From Azolla caroliniana (Eukaryota; Plantae; Polypodiophyta): a stretch of DNA of 64,000 bases. Of this stretch, positions 28,701 to 41,733 are shown piece by piece. The position numbers and the translations under genes are program-made. The first letter of the stretch is position 1. Every line of letters begins with the position of its first letter. Location: NCBI GenBank assembly GCA_043228905.1, contig JBHGNT010000020.1, forward strand, positions 14,384,001-14,448,000. The letters run 5' to 3'. The notes under the pieces are model-generated. The model saw only the letters and a program-made list of their open reading frames with translations, did no database searches and was not told the DNA's origin.

Positions 28701-31700
28701 TTTTGTTAATTGTCTCGATTTCTCTATGACATCTTGAGACCCTTAACTCTACTTCCAGTTCTGGTGATGCTTACATACCAAACATGTAATGTCACTTCTT
28801 CAGCAAGAAGATAAACTCTTAGACTCCTCCCATAATCTACTTATTGAAAATTTAATGATGGGTATATAGGTTGAGGAGAATATAAGAGTACTAGGAATAT
28901 CATAAGATTTCCATTGATCTTATTGTAAAGTTAGCACATTTTATCATCACCATTGAAGAGATCAAGTATCAAAGTTAGAAGTTGGGCACAATGCACGACC
29001 TTGTGTAAAGAGACCATGGATGGAGTTTGTGGTGGAGATTATTTTCAACCAAGACTTGGAGCTAGTGGACATACTATACCATGCCATGAGAATCGAGTGT
29101 TTTAAAGAAATTAAGCACAAACTTGATGAGTTTGTGGATAAAACATAAGACAAGGGCCAAGCAGTATATGCCAAATAGCAATGGGCCCAGTTAGGTACGG
29201 TTTCTTTGCCTTGAAACCGAATAGAACAGAACCAAACCATTGATATAAAACAAAAACCAAACCAAACTGTTTATGAACTCTCAACCTTTTAAACTAAACC
29301 ATTAAAAAGGACAAACCAAACCATTTAAATCCAAACTGTTTAGGGAAAAGTTGAAACTAAACCGAACCATTTAATAAAAAATTTAAACTTATTATTTAAG
29401 TCAAACTAATTAAAAATCTAAACAAACAAAAATACATTAAATTAAATAAATAGTTAAGTTAAATTGATGAAATCAATAAAAAAACTTTAATTAAACCATT
29501 AAATTAAATAAGAATTTAGTTCAATTAATTAAATCAATAAAAAACCATTAAATTAATAAATTATTAAGGGAGAAAAAAAAGTTAATAAAAAACCAATAAG
29601 CCTTTAAACCAAACTTATAAACCTGAGTCGTAGGACCAAACTAAACTAAAATTGAACTGTTTATTAAAAATCTAAACTAAACCAAACCATTAAAAAAAAT
29701 TGGAACCAATAAACCGTTAAACTATGGCTTAATGATTTAGTTCAGTTTGAGCCGAAACCGGGCCCATAGCTAATGCCAAAGCAAGGGATGACGATCTACT
29801 GAGTTTTGTGATACATGATCAAGGGAAAGAGAGAATGAGAATGAGTAAAGACATATATATGGGTTAAATCAAGCATAAGGTGTGTCTCAAGCTATTGAAT
29901 ATTGCCTACAAAAGGTTGGATAGAGAGGACAAATTTCAAGCTCTCTCTTTACATGTGGATCAGATACTCAAGACAACTGAACTCAATTTTAAATTTTGTT
30001 TCAACTTGTTTTGAAAACATGCTAGGAGAACCAAACTTATTGAGATGTAGTACTACTTACAAGAACTCATTTAAATGAAAAGGTGAGGTTGAATAGTTAA
30101 TGCTATCCATAAAGGTCTAGAAATCCTAGCAAATCACAAAATTCTATGAAATTTTTAGGGCAGGAATATAATGGAGAGGAAAGAATGATAGATGAGGCTT
30201 GAGCAAGTGCAATTAAATGATGTAGATATCCACTATATATAAGATAAAGGGATTCTAAATTGAATCGAGTGAAAGTGTTTCTACTGTTCAAGTTCTTTAT
30301 AGTGTGATTGGTCTTTGAACAACTCTATGCAATTTAGCTATTAGGAATTTATTCCAATACTCCATTGATAGGAAGTTGAAGAAATTTATGATAACAAGAA
30401 CCTTTTACTAGTAGGCATTCTACTTAAACACCATCATGGTATTGACAATGAGGATATTCACTCATAACAACATGTTATAATATATACACCAAAGTTATGA
30501 AATCCTCATTGAATGAAAGAAGGTTGTGGAATACATGTGGATGCTACTTAGGTGTCCTTAGGATAGCAATTTCACTAATGTCACACAAGAGAACTTAACG
30601 ATAAAGATGGTTGCATGTTACATCCTTAAACATGTAGATTGGGAGTTGTATATTTGGATGGTCTATTTGAGGTTCAAAATAAGGTAAGGATTATCTAAAG
30701 TGCTCGACCAAACTCTTACTTTGAGGGAGCTTAGCAATCATGTAAATAAGATCTTCAATTGTCATTCTTAGAATAAACTAAAAACCCACTCTTAGACTTT
30801 ACCTAGATTTTAATATGCTTCCATTGACAGTCGTCTTCTATGGCCACTAACCTTTGTAAAAAGTTCAAAAATATGATTGAATTGGCCACGTAATGTGGGT
30901 TCAATACTTATGTTTCCCCATGAAGGTCTATGTATACTTCTAACATGACTACAAGGATATAATAAGCTACCACCAACCGGCTAATTGGGTTGGGCCCATT
31001 ATGGATTGAATAAGATAAAACTTTAAATAGAGTAGTTTACTCAACATCCACTAAGACATTGCCATTGTTTGAATTTATTAATCTATACATAAGCAAGTAG
31101 CTATACAACAAAAATGTCCTAATTGTTATGTATATCTAGCATATTTGTAGTCATTCACCATTAGTGATGCCTTCTTTGATTTTAATATATATTATGTCTT
31201 TCAACTTTTTTTAGGGTTTTTAAACAAATCCTTCATTTATTTTTCTTTCCTCTTGAATGATTTCTATCAAGGCTTTGTCTCATCATGGATTAATCAGTAT
31301 GTGTTCTTTGCATTTCAATCACATAGAAACTCAGAATAAGGAAGGAAATGGTTATCACTAACAACAATCTATTATCATAGCTGCATTGTAACGTAGTCAC
31401 TTCAAATCCCATAAAAAAAGGTTCTATCTACATTTGAGGTAATTGGCCATATTTTCAAGAAACATTTTCTAGCTACTTATTTATCCACACATTATTGTAA
31501 GGTATCATAGATATTTATAAGAATTAGCATACCTGAAAACAAGACCTTGTTTTTGTAGAAGTGCTTGGGGTATCGTCCCACTAAAGTTGTTGTTGGCTAA
31601 ATTGCTAGAATATCATTTAATAATATCAAACTTGTGTTCGAAATGTTTATCCTAAATCACTAGTGAGATACTTACAGGTATTTTAGCTTTGGCAAATCTG

Positions 31701-34224
31701 AAAGCGAGTCAGGAATTGTTCCGCTGAATTTGTTATTGCTTAAATCCCTAGTATAAATGAAAGGTGTGATGCAATGCAAGTAAATTAGTCAAAATCCAAT
31801 TCATCTCTAGCGATGGAAAATTTCTTAAATAGTTTATTTATTTTCGTAAAATGGAAGAGAATCAGGGATATTGCAGCATAACTCGTTATCTATTTAATTG
31901 TTTACCTCAAAGGAGGACTAAAGATGATCAAAGTATCATGTCAGAGATACCATTACAAAGATCATGAGAGCTTATAAACGAAAGAGTATGAATGATCATG
32001 AATGTTAATTCGTATAGAGAATTGCAAGTAACATTTTGGAAAGTAATTTTGGGGTTAATGAGCTCCTAATTTTGGACAGTAAGCTTGATGGATGGTGAGC
32101 CAATTCCATTACTTTTATTTTTCACTTGTATCGTTTTAGTCATGGCAACAGACTTTAGTTAGACTTGAAAGATGTGAGGCATCATTTAAATACATTAGAG
32201 GAAACTTAAGAGCACAATCTACCTAACATAATCCAAAATGATATCGAACGACAAATATTCCATACGATTCATAGATATTGGTAGCTAGAGTTAACAGCTT
32301 CTTACAGCGTGGTAAGTTGATCCAGATTACTGATGCTGCTTGGAAAAGTCCCGACCAGACTATAGTTAGATAACAACCTGCGTGAATATACAACAAATTA
32401 TAGCCCATCATTTAAGTGAACGCCATTGTGGTTATTGCACAATTGAGAAGGCTGGTGATCTGAGTACACACAGAGATGTTACTCTAGCCGGATGAAGTTT
32501 GTCGGAATAGTCGCAATCGATCCAGGGATGCTTATATGCTTGTGGTAAGCATGGGTCGCCAATGAAGTTTTGTAAGGTGGGGAATGTGCTGGTGATGATG
32601 TCTTGTATAGCCAGTCCTATCAGAAGAATGGAAGGTAACGAGATTATGCACAGCTAAGGAGGATATGGTTGAGTAACAAATATTTAGGCAGTGGGATCAA
32701 TTGGCTACGACTTACCGTCATCGTCTGATGTGGGGGTGGTGGCGTTAATGGGGTTGTCGAAGAGCTGCATGATTTCGGCTGCAGCAAGGGTAGGATAGTA
32801 TATGGAGCTGGGCGATGGATAAGACTCGATTATGATGCTGTCTTTGTAAGGCCCTACGGGCTTACCAGTGTACAATCCAGTAGCTTTGTACAAGCCGACA
32901 CTATCGTAGATGTCCATAGCACGATAATAGAGGTCAGCATTTCCAGTGATGTTGAACACCCGCTGTCCAGGGGCGCTGACATTCCGATTGAGCTCCACAA
33001 ACCACATTACAATGTAGTACTGGTGGTAGCCTATGAGTGTGCTGGTGCTCAACATTCGCTGACTGCTTATGTTGAAAGTATACCCATATTGGCCTGATAC
33101 ATAATTTGTTTGCATCACAGCCACCGGAGGAAGATCTTGTGCATATCGAGCATCTACCAGCACAGGTTGGCTACTCACTTCTACATTCTCTGGGGAATTC
33201 ACACCTCTCCACCAGAACCTGTCAATGCTGTCATCTGGAAACCTGACAAAAAATACGATAATACACCTAACGATGTTAATCAATCCTACGGACGTAAGGT
33301 CGTGGATTTGTTATGAAATTAGTCATAGAATTAAGGTAATCGTTGCGGACCTTAGGATCGGCGGAACTGCCGACGAGGTCCCAGAATCATCACGCCGGAC
33401 AGTGCGCAGTGCGATGCTCAAGTCCTTCATCATCTCCACGGAATGCATCGTCACTGGGAGGGGACGCAACTCCAGAGAGTTTATGAATGGCACATCGCTG
33501 GTGTCGGATGCTGCCGAGAGGCACACAGACACTGACGATCTTCCAGGCTGTGTGGGGATGTACATCTCTTCGAACCATGGATATTTCTGAGGCATGTTAA
33601 TCACGATCTCAACACCTTCATAGGTGTCCACTATCACCCGGAACCTGATCTGCCCGCTCACACGCGTTGCATAAATCAGTGATGGGCCATTCCAAAACGA
33701 TGCTCGGATCAAGTAGTAGTTGTTTGGGCTGGCAGGCAGGGTATAGCAGAACTTGCTCTGATTCAGGGCCTTATTAGAGGGGAAGTAGCGCAGAGTGCTG
33801 TATTGCTTCTGGTCGGTCATGCTGCTGGGTGGGTTCACAGTAGCGATGGCTGACCACTTTCCGATGTCCGGCCAAATCAGCGCATCGGGTGCCCATTGGA
33901 TCCCAGTCACTGAATCAGTGTAGTTCCCCAACTCCGACGACCCACAATCGATGCTCAAGAACCCTGGAGCAACACAAAATTTCAGCATACAATTAATTAG
34001 AAACCACAGAGAAAATCAGTGACCACATACAAATCCATCAATCTGGAACGGGAGATAAGCGTAAAATTGTATACATATAATTGTATAGAGAAAATCAATG
34101 AATACCCACCCTCTTTTTGAGCCTCTGCCCAGAGGCTGCCTTGGTGGGTGCTAATAACAACCATAATTAACAAAACAGGAATATTAATAAATACACCATT
34201 TCCACCATTGGGATGCCCCTCCAT
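10767..34224 (-). CDS. Malectin-like domain LRR receptor-like Ser/Thr kinase (LRR-I / IOS1-like architecture), 14 exons, 954 aa
   Basis: Exons: 34110-34224, 33351-33963, 32716-33242, 32472-32616, 32306-32377, 31676-31747, 31533-31604, 20953-21197, 20552-20784, 11883-12006, 11706-11771, 11450-11630, 11111-11252, 10767-11024. All junctions are GT-AG and phase-compatible, total 2865 nt. Motifs: signal peptide, GFLSIDCG/malectin-like, GDPCLP, three 72-nt LRR exons, TM ([31 protein letters not shown]), [34 protein letters not shown]. Confidence 0.95.
12719..13383. repeat. Tandem duplication of a ~331-bp unit (2 copies) in the RLK intron
   Basis: CGCAATACCACCAACTGACCTCTAACAATTGCTA starts at 12719 and at 13050. 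The copies are colinear with scattered substitutions. Confidence 0.92.
14036..19930 (+). mobile_element. L1-clade LINE, near full length, degenerate, antisense within RLK intron 9
   Basis: ORF1 has an RRM/DUF4283-like region and a [14 protein letters not shown] knuckle (~14720). ORF2 has APE ([21 protein letters not shown]), RT ([18 protein letters not shown]) and C-terminal [15 protein letters not shown]-rich tail ~19915-19930, 13-bp TSD GCTTCCCATCTAC (14023-14035, 19931-19943). Confidence 0.95.
15621..16011 (-). mobile_element. Solo LTR inserted in the LINE endonuclease domain
   Basis: Begins TGTAAAGA and ends TCTCAATA, with TSD GTTTC/GTTTT. Removing it restores the APE motif VDIVFRQEH. 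TATA-like TATATAAAG on the minus strand. Confidence 0.8.
21925..22810 (+). mobile_element. Probable solo or partial LTR in RLK intron 7
   Basis: TG start, TATAAGAAAGGG, and a U5-like TTGTA-rich tail. No TSD confirmed and boundaries are approximate. Confidence 0.4.
24450..27640 (+). mobile_element. Highly decayed Copia element in RLK intron 7
   Basis: Relic motifs in gag-PR-INT-RT-RH order: KLDDEGY (~25965), [17 protein letters not shown] (26960), [24 protein letters not shown] (27500). Confidence 0.85.
29176..29772. mobile_element. hAT-type MITE (597 bp)
   Basis: 17-bp TIRs TAGCAATGGGCCCAGTT / AACCGGGCCCATAGCTA, perfect 8-bp TSD ATGCCAAA (29168-29175, 29773-29780), many subterminal AAACC motifs. 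Confidence 0.92.
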
Positions 34225-34959
34225 TGTGATGCGGATGGAGGATTAGCTACGGATGTCAAGGTGATGAGATGAATAGATGTGAGTTAATTAACAACCATAG
34301 GACTAGTTAATCCCATCCAATTTTGATTAGGGCAACTACTAAAGAAAGACATGGTTTCTTAAATTAGACTCTTTTTTTTTAAGTCAATGCCTGATAGTGG
34401 AGAGCCATTCCATACCCAACAGTTGCCACGTCTTACTTATTAATGAAGATTTAGATGCTGAGGCAGTCATCACAAATATGTTGATGAAGGCGTGTCTTGG
34501 AGACTTTTTATAAATCCCACACGTTTTTGTCAAGCTTTTTGTGGTCGAAATGCCCTAATAAGAATCAATTCCCCAAAATACAGGTTTTACCGAGCTATGT
34601 CAATGTTATGAAGAATTCATGTATCGCTGGCTCGTCCGATCTATCTTTTATCGTGAATTCCCAGACCGACAATAAAGGGTCCACAAAAAGAATGGGATCA
34701 GATCCAATTACTGAGGTTTTCTAAACATTGTCTTCCAATGACTCATAGTTGCGTGTCGATAAAGTTACTGTGGTTTTGATTTGTTTTCCTAACCCTTACC
34801 ACTTCGTCTAGGTAAATGACTAACTCAGACGCCATCACATACTACCTTACAAATTAATTAGAATGATCGACAAGTCATTGAGTACCATATAATCCTATTG
34901 TTCAACGTGCAACATGTAAATCAAACAATGATATATAAACTAGTTATTATATGTTTGAG

Positions 34960-35600
34960 ATTCAATCTAGCCAATGTGATACTATAGTGATCGAAGTCGT
35001 GCTTTATGGAGTGGAAATATGGGGTGGCTCTACCTCATTTGATTCATGGAATGAAATAAAGAAAATTGAAATATTATTCTGATGGAGACAATGAGGGATG
35101 GAAAAATCAAGAACATGTTGGATGATACATTCCCAAAATAGCCTAAAAACATAGCATGTTGCTTGACATAATGAAATAGTTTGAAAGATGAGTAGTAAAA
35201 AAATCTATCCTAGCTTTACTATGATGCCATAAAGCATGTGACCAGCTAAGATGGACAGAAGGATGTAGTGGCAAGATGCTAAAATGTCAAAATTGGAGTA
35301 TTGGAATGGAAATGCTAACCCCCAATGTTGGCCCCAATATATACAAGTTAAAATGCAAGAACATGTCCAACCTCGTCTTACTAGCTTCATGAACCTTAGT
35401 GACTCTCTAAACACATTAATACTTCTTCAAACTAACTCACATACCTTTCATTAGCATCATGAAAAAGATCACCCCTAAGATGAAAGTATGCAATATATGT
35501 GATTAAAATCTAGTGGAGGATGAATAACACTTACTTCTCGAGTGGCCAATGTATAAGGTATTTCCTTAGAAGTACAATAGCTTGCAAGATGGGGTGCCTG
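34960..35600 (+). mobile_element. Decayed 3' fragment of a non-LTR retrotransposon upstream of the RLK
   Basis: VLYGVEIWG motif at ~35000 and a CNIC...VEDE*HLLLEWP zinc-knuckle remnant at ~35490-35550. Confidence 0.6.
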
Positions 35601-36319
35601 ATAATTGAATTCTCAACATAGTCAAATCGCCCTTCTTAGGAAGGAGTTACACTACCAAGTACTTGTTTAGCACAATCTCATTTGCTATAGTTTATGGGGT
35701 AGTTTCACATGATGAGATATAACCCTGATATATAATTAAGAGGAAGAAATTGAGTGCAAATGTGCAACCCCATTCATTATTCCTCTTTGCAAATAATTTG
35801 TGTTTTGAGTTATAAGCTATACAAAAATGGAAGCACTATATGGTTAGGGTACAACCAATTCCTACTCTGGGTCAATTCATGAGGTAGAACACTGAACTTT
35901 CATGACTGTTGCATTTCCATCAAATCTATAGAATGTTATGTAACATTGTCCCTCCTTATGGGGGGAGTCGGCGGAAAAGCTGAAACAAGACTCAAAAAGC
36001 CAAAACGAGACTCGACCGAATGGAAGTTTGGAATCTGAATGGACAAATACACACACACACACACATGTGTGTGTGTGTGTGTGAATTAGGTTAGTATCTA
36101 TAGATATAACAATATTACCTACGTGTGTATGTGGGATAACTTACTAAGAGTATAACAGTGACTGAAGTGTGAGAGTAAAGTTGAAGTGAGCGCAAGAGAG
36201 AGAAAGAAAGATATATTAATGTCTTCTAAGGCCAAATTTGGCCCATCAGACAATTAGTTTACAACAAAATGGGTATTTATCCAATCATCATAACTAAAAT
36301 AAAATAAAGTAAAAATAGA

Positions 36320-36833
36320 ACTTACCTACGATGGCAAATAGGGTATAACAGAACTTCCTCTGATTCAGGGCCTTAGTAAGGGGGAAATAACGTAGAGTGG
36401 TGTACTGCTTCTGATTGGCCATGCTGCTGGGTGCGCTAACAAGGGCGATGGACGACCAATTTTTGATGTCTGGCCAAATGAGTGCATCTGGTGCCCATTG
36501 GATCCTAGATGCATCAATGTAGTTCCGCAACTAGGAGGACCCACAATCAATGCTCAAGAGCTTTGGAGCAATACAAAATTTCAGCATACAAATAATTAGA
36601 AACCATAGAGAAAACTAGTGACCACATAGAAATCCATTAATCCCGAAGTAGATAATAGACTTGTATAATTTTCTTATACATAAACTTGTATCAAGAAGAT
36701 CAATGAATGAATACCCACCAGCTTCTTGAGCCACTGCCTAGAGGCTACTTTGGTGGTTGGTAACAACGACCATAATTAGCAAAATAGGAATATTCATCCA
36801 TATATAGTTTCCGCCATTGCAATGCCTCTCCAT
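36320..36833 (-). pseudogene. Pseudogenised exon1-intron1-partial exon2 of an RLK paralogue, inside the Copia 5' LTR
   Basis: MERHCNGGNYIWMNIPILLIMVVVTNHQSSL*AVAQEA vs [38 protein letters not shown]. The intron is retained and the acceptor is mutated (CAG>CAA). [13 protein letters not shown]...LRYFP..KALNQ.KFCYTL follows, then truncation. Confidence 0.93.
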
Positions 36834-39800
36834 TTTGATGGAATGGATGCCTGGCTATGGATGGATGCTAGTGATGACCACAAATAGGTACCGGAGGGGC
36901 CACTTCAGATCACCTAAATTTTGCAATTCTTAATTGAACTTACATTATGCAATTCTAAAGTAAAAATAGAACTTAAGCTAAAAGAGTTCAAGGAGTGTAC
37001 AAAATGTGGTAGACTCGGTAGAGGAAGTGACTTTACACTAAGCCTAATTTTATTTCCACCCAATCCTCTCGAAAAGAAGTGGGAGATCAAAGGGTTTTGG
37101 TGTGGGTGTGAGCCGTGGTCCCAATGTAGAGAGTGCCCTAGCCATGGCGTCTAGGCGGTGTATCTCACGTTCCCTTATTTTCATTATTGCTTCTACACCA
37201 TGTCGAGTTGCTTTGAAACCTGGCACCCGCGGTGTCTGGTTCTTCTTTGGTTTTCTACCTCATCAAGGGAATGGCCGAGTGGTGCAGGTGTGTTGACATT
37301 CTTTGTCACCCCTTGATCCTAGAAAACTTGGTACATGTTGGTGAACATTATCAACATTATTGTTAACTAGAGAAGAGAGTGTTGAAACAACGTGGGCTGT
37401 GTGACTGACAGAGCTCTACAACTGAGTGTGAGGGGAAGCAAAGAAAGAAGAGTGAAACAGAGAAGAGAGAGAGATAGAACAAAGAATCTCTAAAAGCTTC
37501 GAAAGAGGTAGATACCAAGGAGTTAGGGTTTGGTGCACTTGGCTGAAACTGTGGTTTCAGATAACAACCTATGAGTACATCCATACCTAATCAAGTTCTA
37601 TCATTCTATGCTTTTATTTTTCTTGTCTCATAGCGGAAATCTTTGTTCTCCGTGGTTTTTCCCTAATATCAAGGTTTTCCACATAAATCATGTGTTACTT
37701 GCTTTATTCTATTGGTGTCGCAATATATTTGTGGCTTACGTATGATTGTAAAATCTATCAAATTGGTATCAAAGCCTAGGTTCTAGATGGAAGGGAGTGT
37801 GAGTGGCTTTTCAAGGATGATTGTCCTAAACTCACAAAACTACTCAGATTGGTAGATTAACATGGAAGATCTTATGATAGTCAAATATCTGTATGAGCCC
37901 ATAGAAAGGAAGGATATACTAGTAGGGGTAATAAAATCTAAGTGGAAAAATCTAAATAGAAAGGTAGTGGCAACTATAACACATAAGTCTCCTACAACAT
38001 GTAGCAAGTGATACAAATGCCTACGTGTTGTGGCATAAACTCTCTTTCATGTATGAAAGGAAAAATGTTCTAAACAAAACTTTCCTAATGAGGAAAATAG
38101 TGAGGCCAAAGTACACAGATGGTGATACCATCGTGGGGCACATTAGTACTTTCATGGTTCTAGTAAACCAATTGGCATCAACGAAGTTCCCATTAGATGA
38201 TGCTATGCATGCCACACTACTACTATGTACTCTTCTCGTGTCACTTAGTACGTCATGTAAAGAAGACAACCTATCTTTACAAGTAGTAATGACAAGTATT
38301 CTAAACAAAGAGACAAGAAGAAAGGATAAAAGTGCCTTGTCTCAATTGGAAGCGAATGTGACCCAAGAACTTAGTAGAGGAAGAAGCAAATGGAGAAGTC
38401 TTGAGAATAGAGATAAGTCTTATGCTAGGTCAAAATCTAGAGTAAGACCTACATGCTTTTATTGTGGGAAACCTTAGGAAGGACAAAACCTTGGCTAATG
38501 AGGTCGAACCTGGAAAAATTTTTGATGACAAAAACACCTCAGCCATTGCAACCAGTGAAGAAGAGATGTTATTTATCTGTGAACAAACTGGTGTGAATCT
38601 TGTAAATGTTGAGTGCTCTTGGGTAGTGGATTCTGGTGCATCGTTCCACCTAACTCCCAAAAGATAATGTTCCTTATCTTAAATAGCTAGTGACTATGGC
38701 TACGTAAGGATGGGAAATGATGGTGAATGCAAGATTGTGGGCATAAGCATCTACTCGCTCTAGGTTAATGTTAAAGGATGTATGCCATGTTCCGGATGTT
38801 AGGTTGAATCTGATATCGGCCGGACGGCTGGACGATGAAGGCTACAATGATGGCTTTCATAATGGTCCATAAAACTTGTCTAAAGGGAGCCTTATTGTGG
38901 ATTGAGCTCATAAACAAAACACATTGTACGTAATGCATGCAAAATTGTGCTGAGATGAAGCAAATTGTGGCTCAGATGATGAGCTATGGCATAAAAGGCT
39001 CGACCACATAAGTGAAAGGGGAATGCATATCCTTGCTGAAAAGGATTTTCTTCTAGAAGTGAAAGGAATACACCTGGAAAAATGTGTGGATTGCTTGGCT
39101 GGAAAGTAGAACAGAACTGCCTTTCACTCTAGGCCTCTAATGAGAAGAGAGCGTGCCCTAGAACTAGCTCACACAGATGTGTGTTATGTGGATGGTCCAT
39201 CACACCGTGGTGGACAGTACTTTGTTACATTTACTGATGACTTCAGCAGAAAGATTTCGATCTTTAAACACTTTCATGCAACGACAGAAAAATAATATCA
39301 ACAAAAGTTGAAAGTTGTCTGAACACATAACGATGGTGAGTATAGAGACCAATTCGAGATGTATTGTAAGACTTAAGGCCTCAAACTTGAGTATATGGTG
39401 CTGAAGACCCCTGACTTGAATGGTCTAGCAGAAAGAATGAATTGGACCATAATGGAAAGGGTAAGAAGCATGTTATCGCATGCAAAATTGCAAAAGTCGT
39501 ATTGGGTTGAGGCGATGTTGACAACAAAAGTCCAAGCCTTGCATATTCTTGGGGTACTCAGAAGATGAGTTTGGGTAAAGGATGTGGGATCTCCTTGATA
39601 AGAAAGTGATAAGAAGTTGTGATGTTATATTCATGGAAGACAAGACAATTGAACACTAGAGACAACAAAGACCAGTATTGTCTTCCTAGTCGACTACTTT
39701 TATGGAGTCGACACTAGTCAATCCCATTTCGACACAACCAGTCGACAAACAATAGTAGGCTGATGAAGTTGAATCTGAGTCGGCCGACACACAACAGTTG

Positions 39801-41047
39801 GCTTATGCATATGAATCTGAATCTGAAGATAAGCTTGCAGAAGAAACTGAATCGGAGCTGGTTGCCGAAGGATGAAGATATCCTCTAAGACAAAGGGAGG
39901 CTTCCTCTCGATATCCAACTAGTCAATATGCTCTCTTGACTAATGAAGGGGAACTTGAATGCTATGAGGAAGCCAGGATTGATGCACACATGGAGAAGTG
40001 GTACAGTACCACACCTATGACTTGATGGAGATGCTTGATGGAAAGAAGGCACTTAGAAACAAATGGGCCTACAAACTAAAGAACCGGAGAAGAAGGAAGT
40101 ACACCTAGGTATAAGGCCCGTATTGTAGTGAAGGGTTTTCAACAGAAGAAAAGCATTGAATTCGATGAGATATTTGCTCCAGTTGTCAAGATGACTTTCA
40201 TTCGAGCCGTTTTGAGCATGGATGCCAGTATTAATCTAGAAATTGAATTGTTGGATGTTAAAACAACATTCTTGCATGGTGAGTTGGAGGAGGAAATCTA
40301 TATGCAATAGCCGGGACAGCTTTGAGGTAAAAGGAAAAGAGAATCCCGTATGTAGGTTGAGGAAGAGCTTGTGTGGGCTTAAGCAATCTCCATGACAATG
40401 GTATACAAAGTTTGAGTCCTTCATGTTGGAACATGGATTACACAAAACACAAGCCGATTATTGTGTATTTGTGAAAAGGTATGAAGATGGAGGTGATTTT
40501 CTGATTCTTTTGTTGTATGTGGATGATATGTTAGTTGTTGGACAAAATGCTAAAAAGATTGCAAGCTTGAGGAAAGCTTTGAGCAAATCTTTTGCCATTG
40601 AAGACTTTGCTATGGGTGTCACAAGAGAAATATGTGACGAAAGCTTTGCAAAGGTTTAACAAGTATAATACAAAATCTGTTGGATCTCCATTTCCGGTGC
40701 ATTGTAACCTAAATTTAGGATAATGCCCGAAAATTGAGAAAGATAAGGCAGAGATGAGGAGCATGTTGTATGCCTCGTTTAATGGTAGCCTAATGTGTGC
40801 TATAGTCTGCACGAGGCCGAACATTGCATTTGCTGTTGGGACAATTAGTCACTACATAAGTAATCCTGGAAAGGAGCATTGGGGAGCCGTAAAATGGATA
40901 CTTAGATACCTCAAAGGTATTTTGAGTGTATGCCTTAGATATTGTCAGGAACAGTACTGAGACAGAGAAGGAATTAGTACTAAACGAAGGATTAGTACTA
41001 TGAGAGGTGTAGAATTTCTTCGAGAGAAGGAAGGAGTGAGCGAGACG

Positions 41048-41101
<54 letters not shown>

Positions 41102-41326
41102 GAGTGATGATAAGAAAGATATGTATTATATGAAGAGAATATACAATGGTGGCTAAAAGGCTTAAGGCTGGCGTTGAACCAATTTGGTTCAATATAATGC
41201 CTAGTGCCCTCTTTTATAGTGTTTTCAGGAGTAATCCTGAAGCTTCTAGAATGTTCACTGAGAAATTTGGAATGTACACTAATTTCCTATAATAAAATGT
41301 AAATGAAAATAATATCCTACATATTA

Positions 41327-41397
41327 CAATAGATGGTCTAATGGTCAAGAGCTCAACCCATATAACTTAAGGTCATGGGTTCGAGTCTTGCCATATC
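41327..41397 (+). promoter_or_regulatory. tRNA-like Pol III A/B-box module in gypsy LTR U3 (second copy 46359-46429)
   Basis: A box TGGTCTAATGGT 41334-41345 and B box GGTTCGAGTC 41378-41387, with tRNA-like 44-nt spacing. Confidence 0.65.
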
Positions 41398-41733
41398 ATG
41401 ACATTATCCCCCCTTTAAAACGACGAGTGTCACGAGTCGTCTTGGATTGAGGACCCGGTTTGTGTGGATACTGACGATGGAAGTCTTCAAGAAGAGCACG
41501 AGCATTGGTCCTGGGATGGTGCTCTCATGGTAGGGTTCAAGGAGAGAACTATGAAACACCAGATGTATCCAAAGTTGAGGAGGTAGATCGAGACGAAAAG
41601 CGACATCATTAATCTGTCCAATAATACGGAAAGGACGTAATCGCCGATAATCCAACTTCTCACATGGGCGAGTAGTCTTGATGTGTCGTCGTAGCAGCCA
41701 CACCCGATCTCCAATATTAAAACTGGATGGAAG

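Noticed and set aside
27700-30800. Additional RLK exons or a nested gene in intron 7
   Set aside because: Exon 7 splices in phase to exon 8 with complete domain continuity, and no credible ORF or motif was found here.
41327-41397. Functional tRNA genes in the LTRs
   Set aside because: Acceptor and anticodon stems do not pair convincingly. Only the A/B boxes and a T-arm-like hairpin remain.
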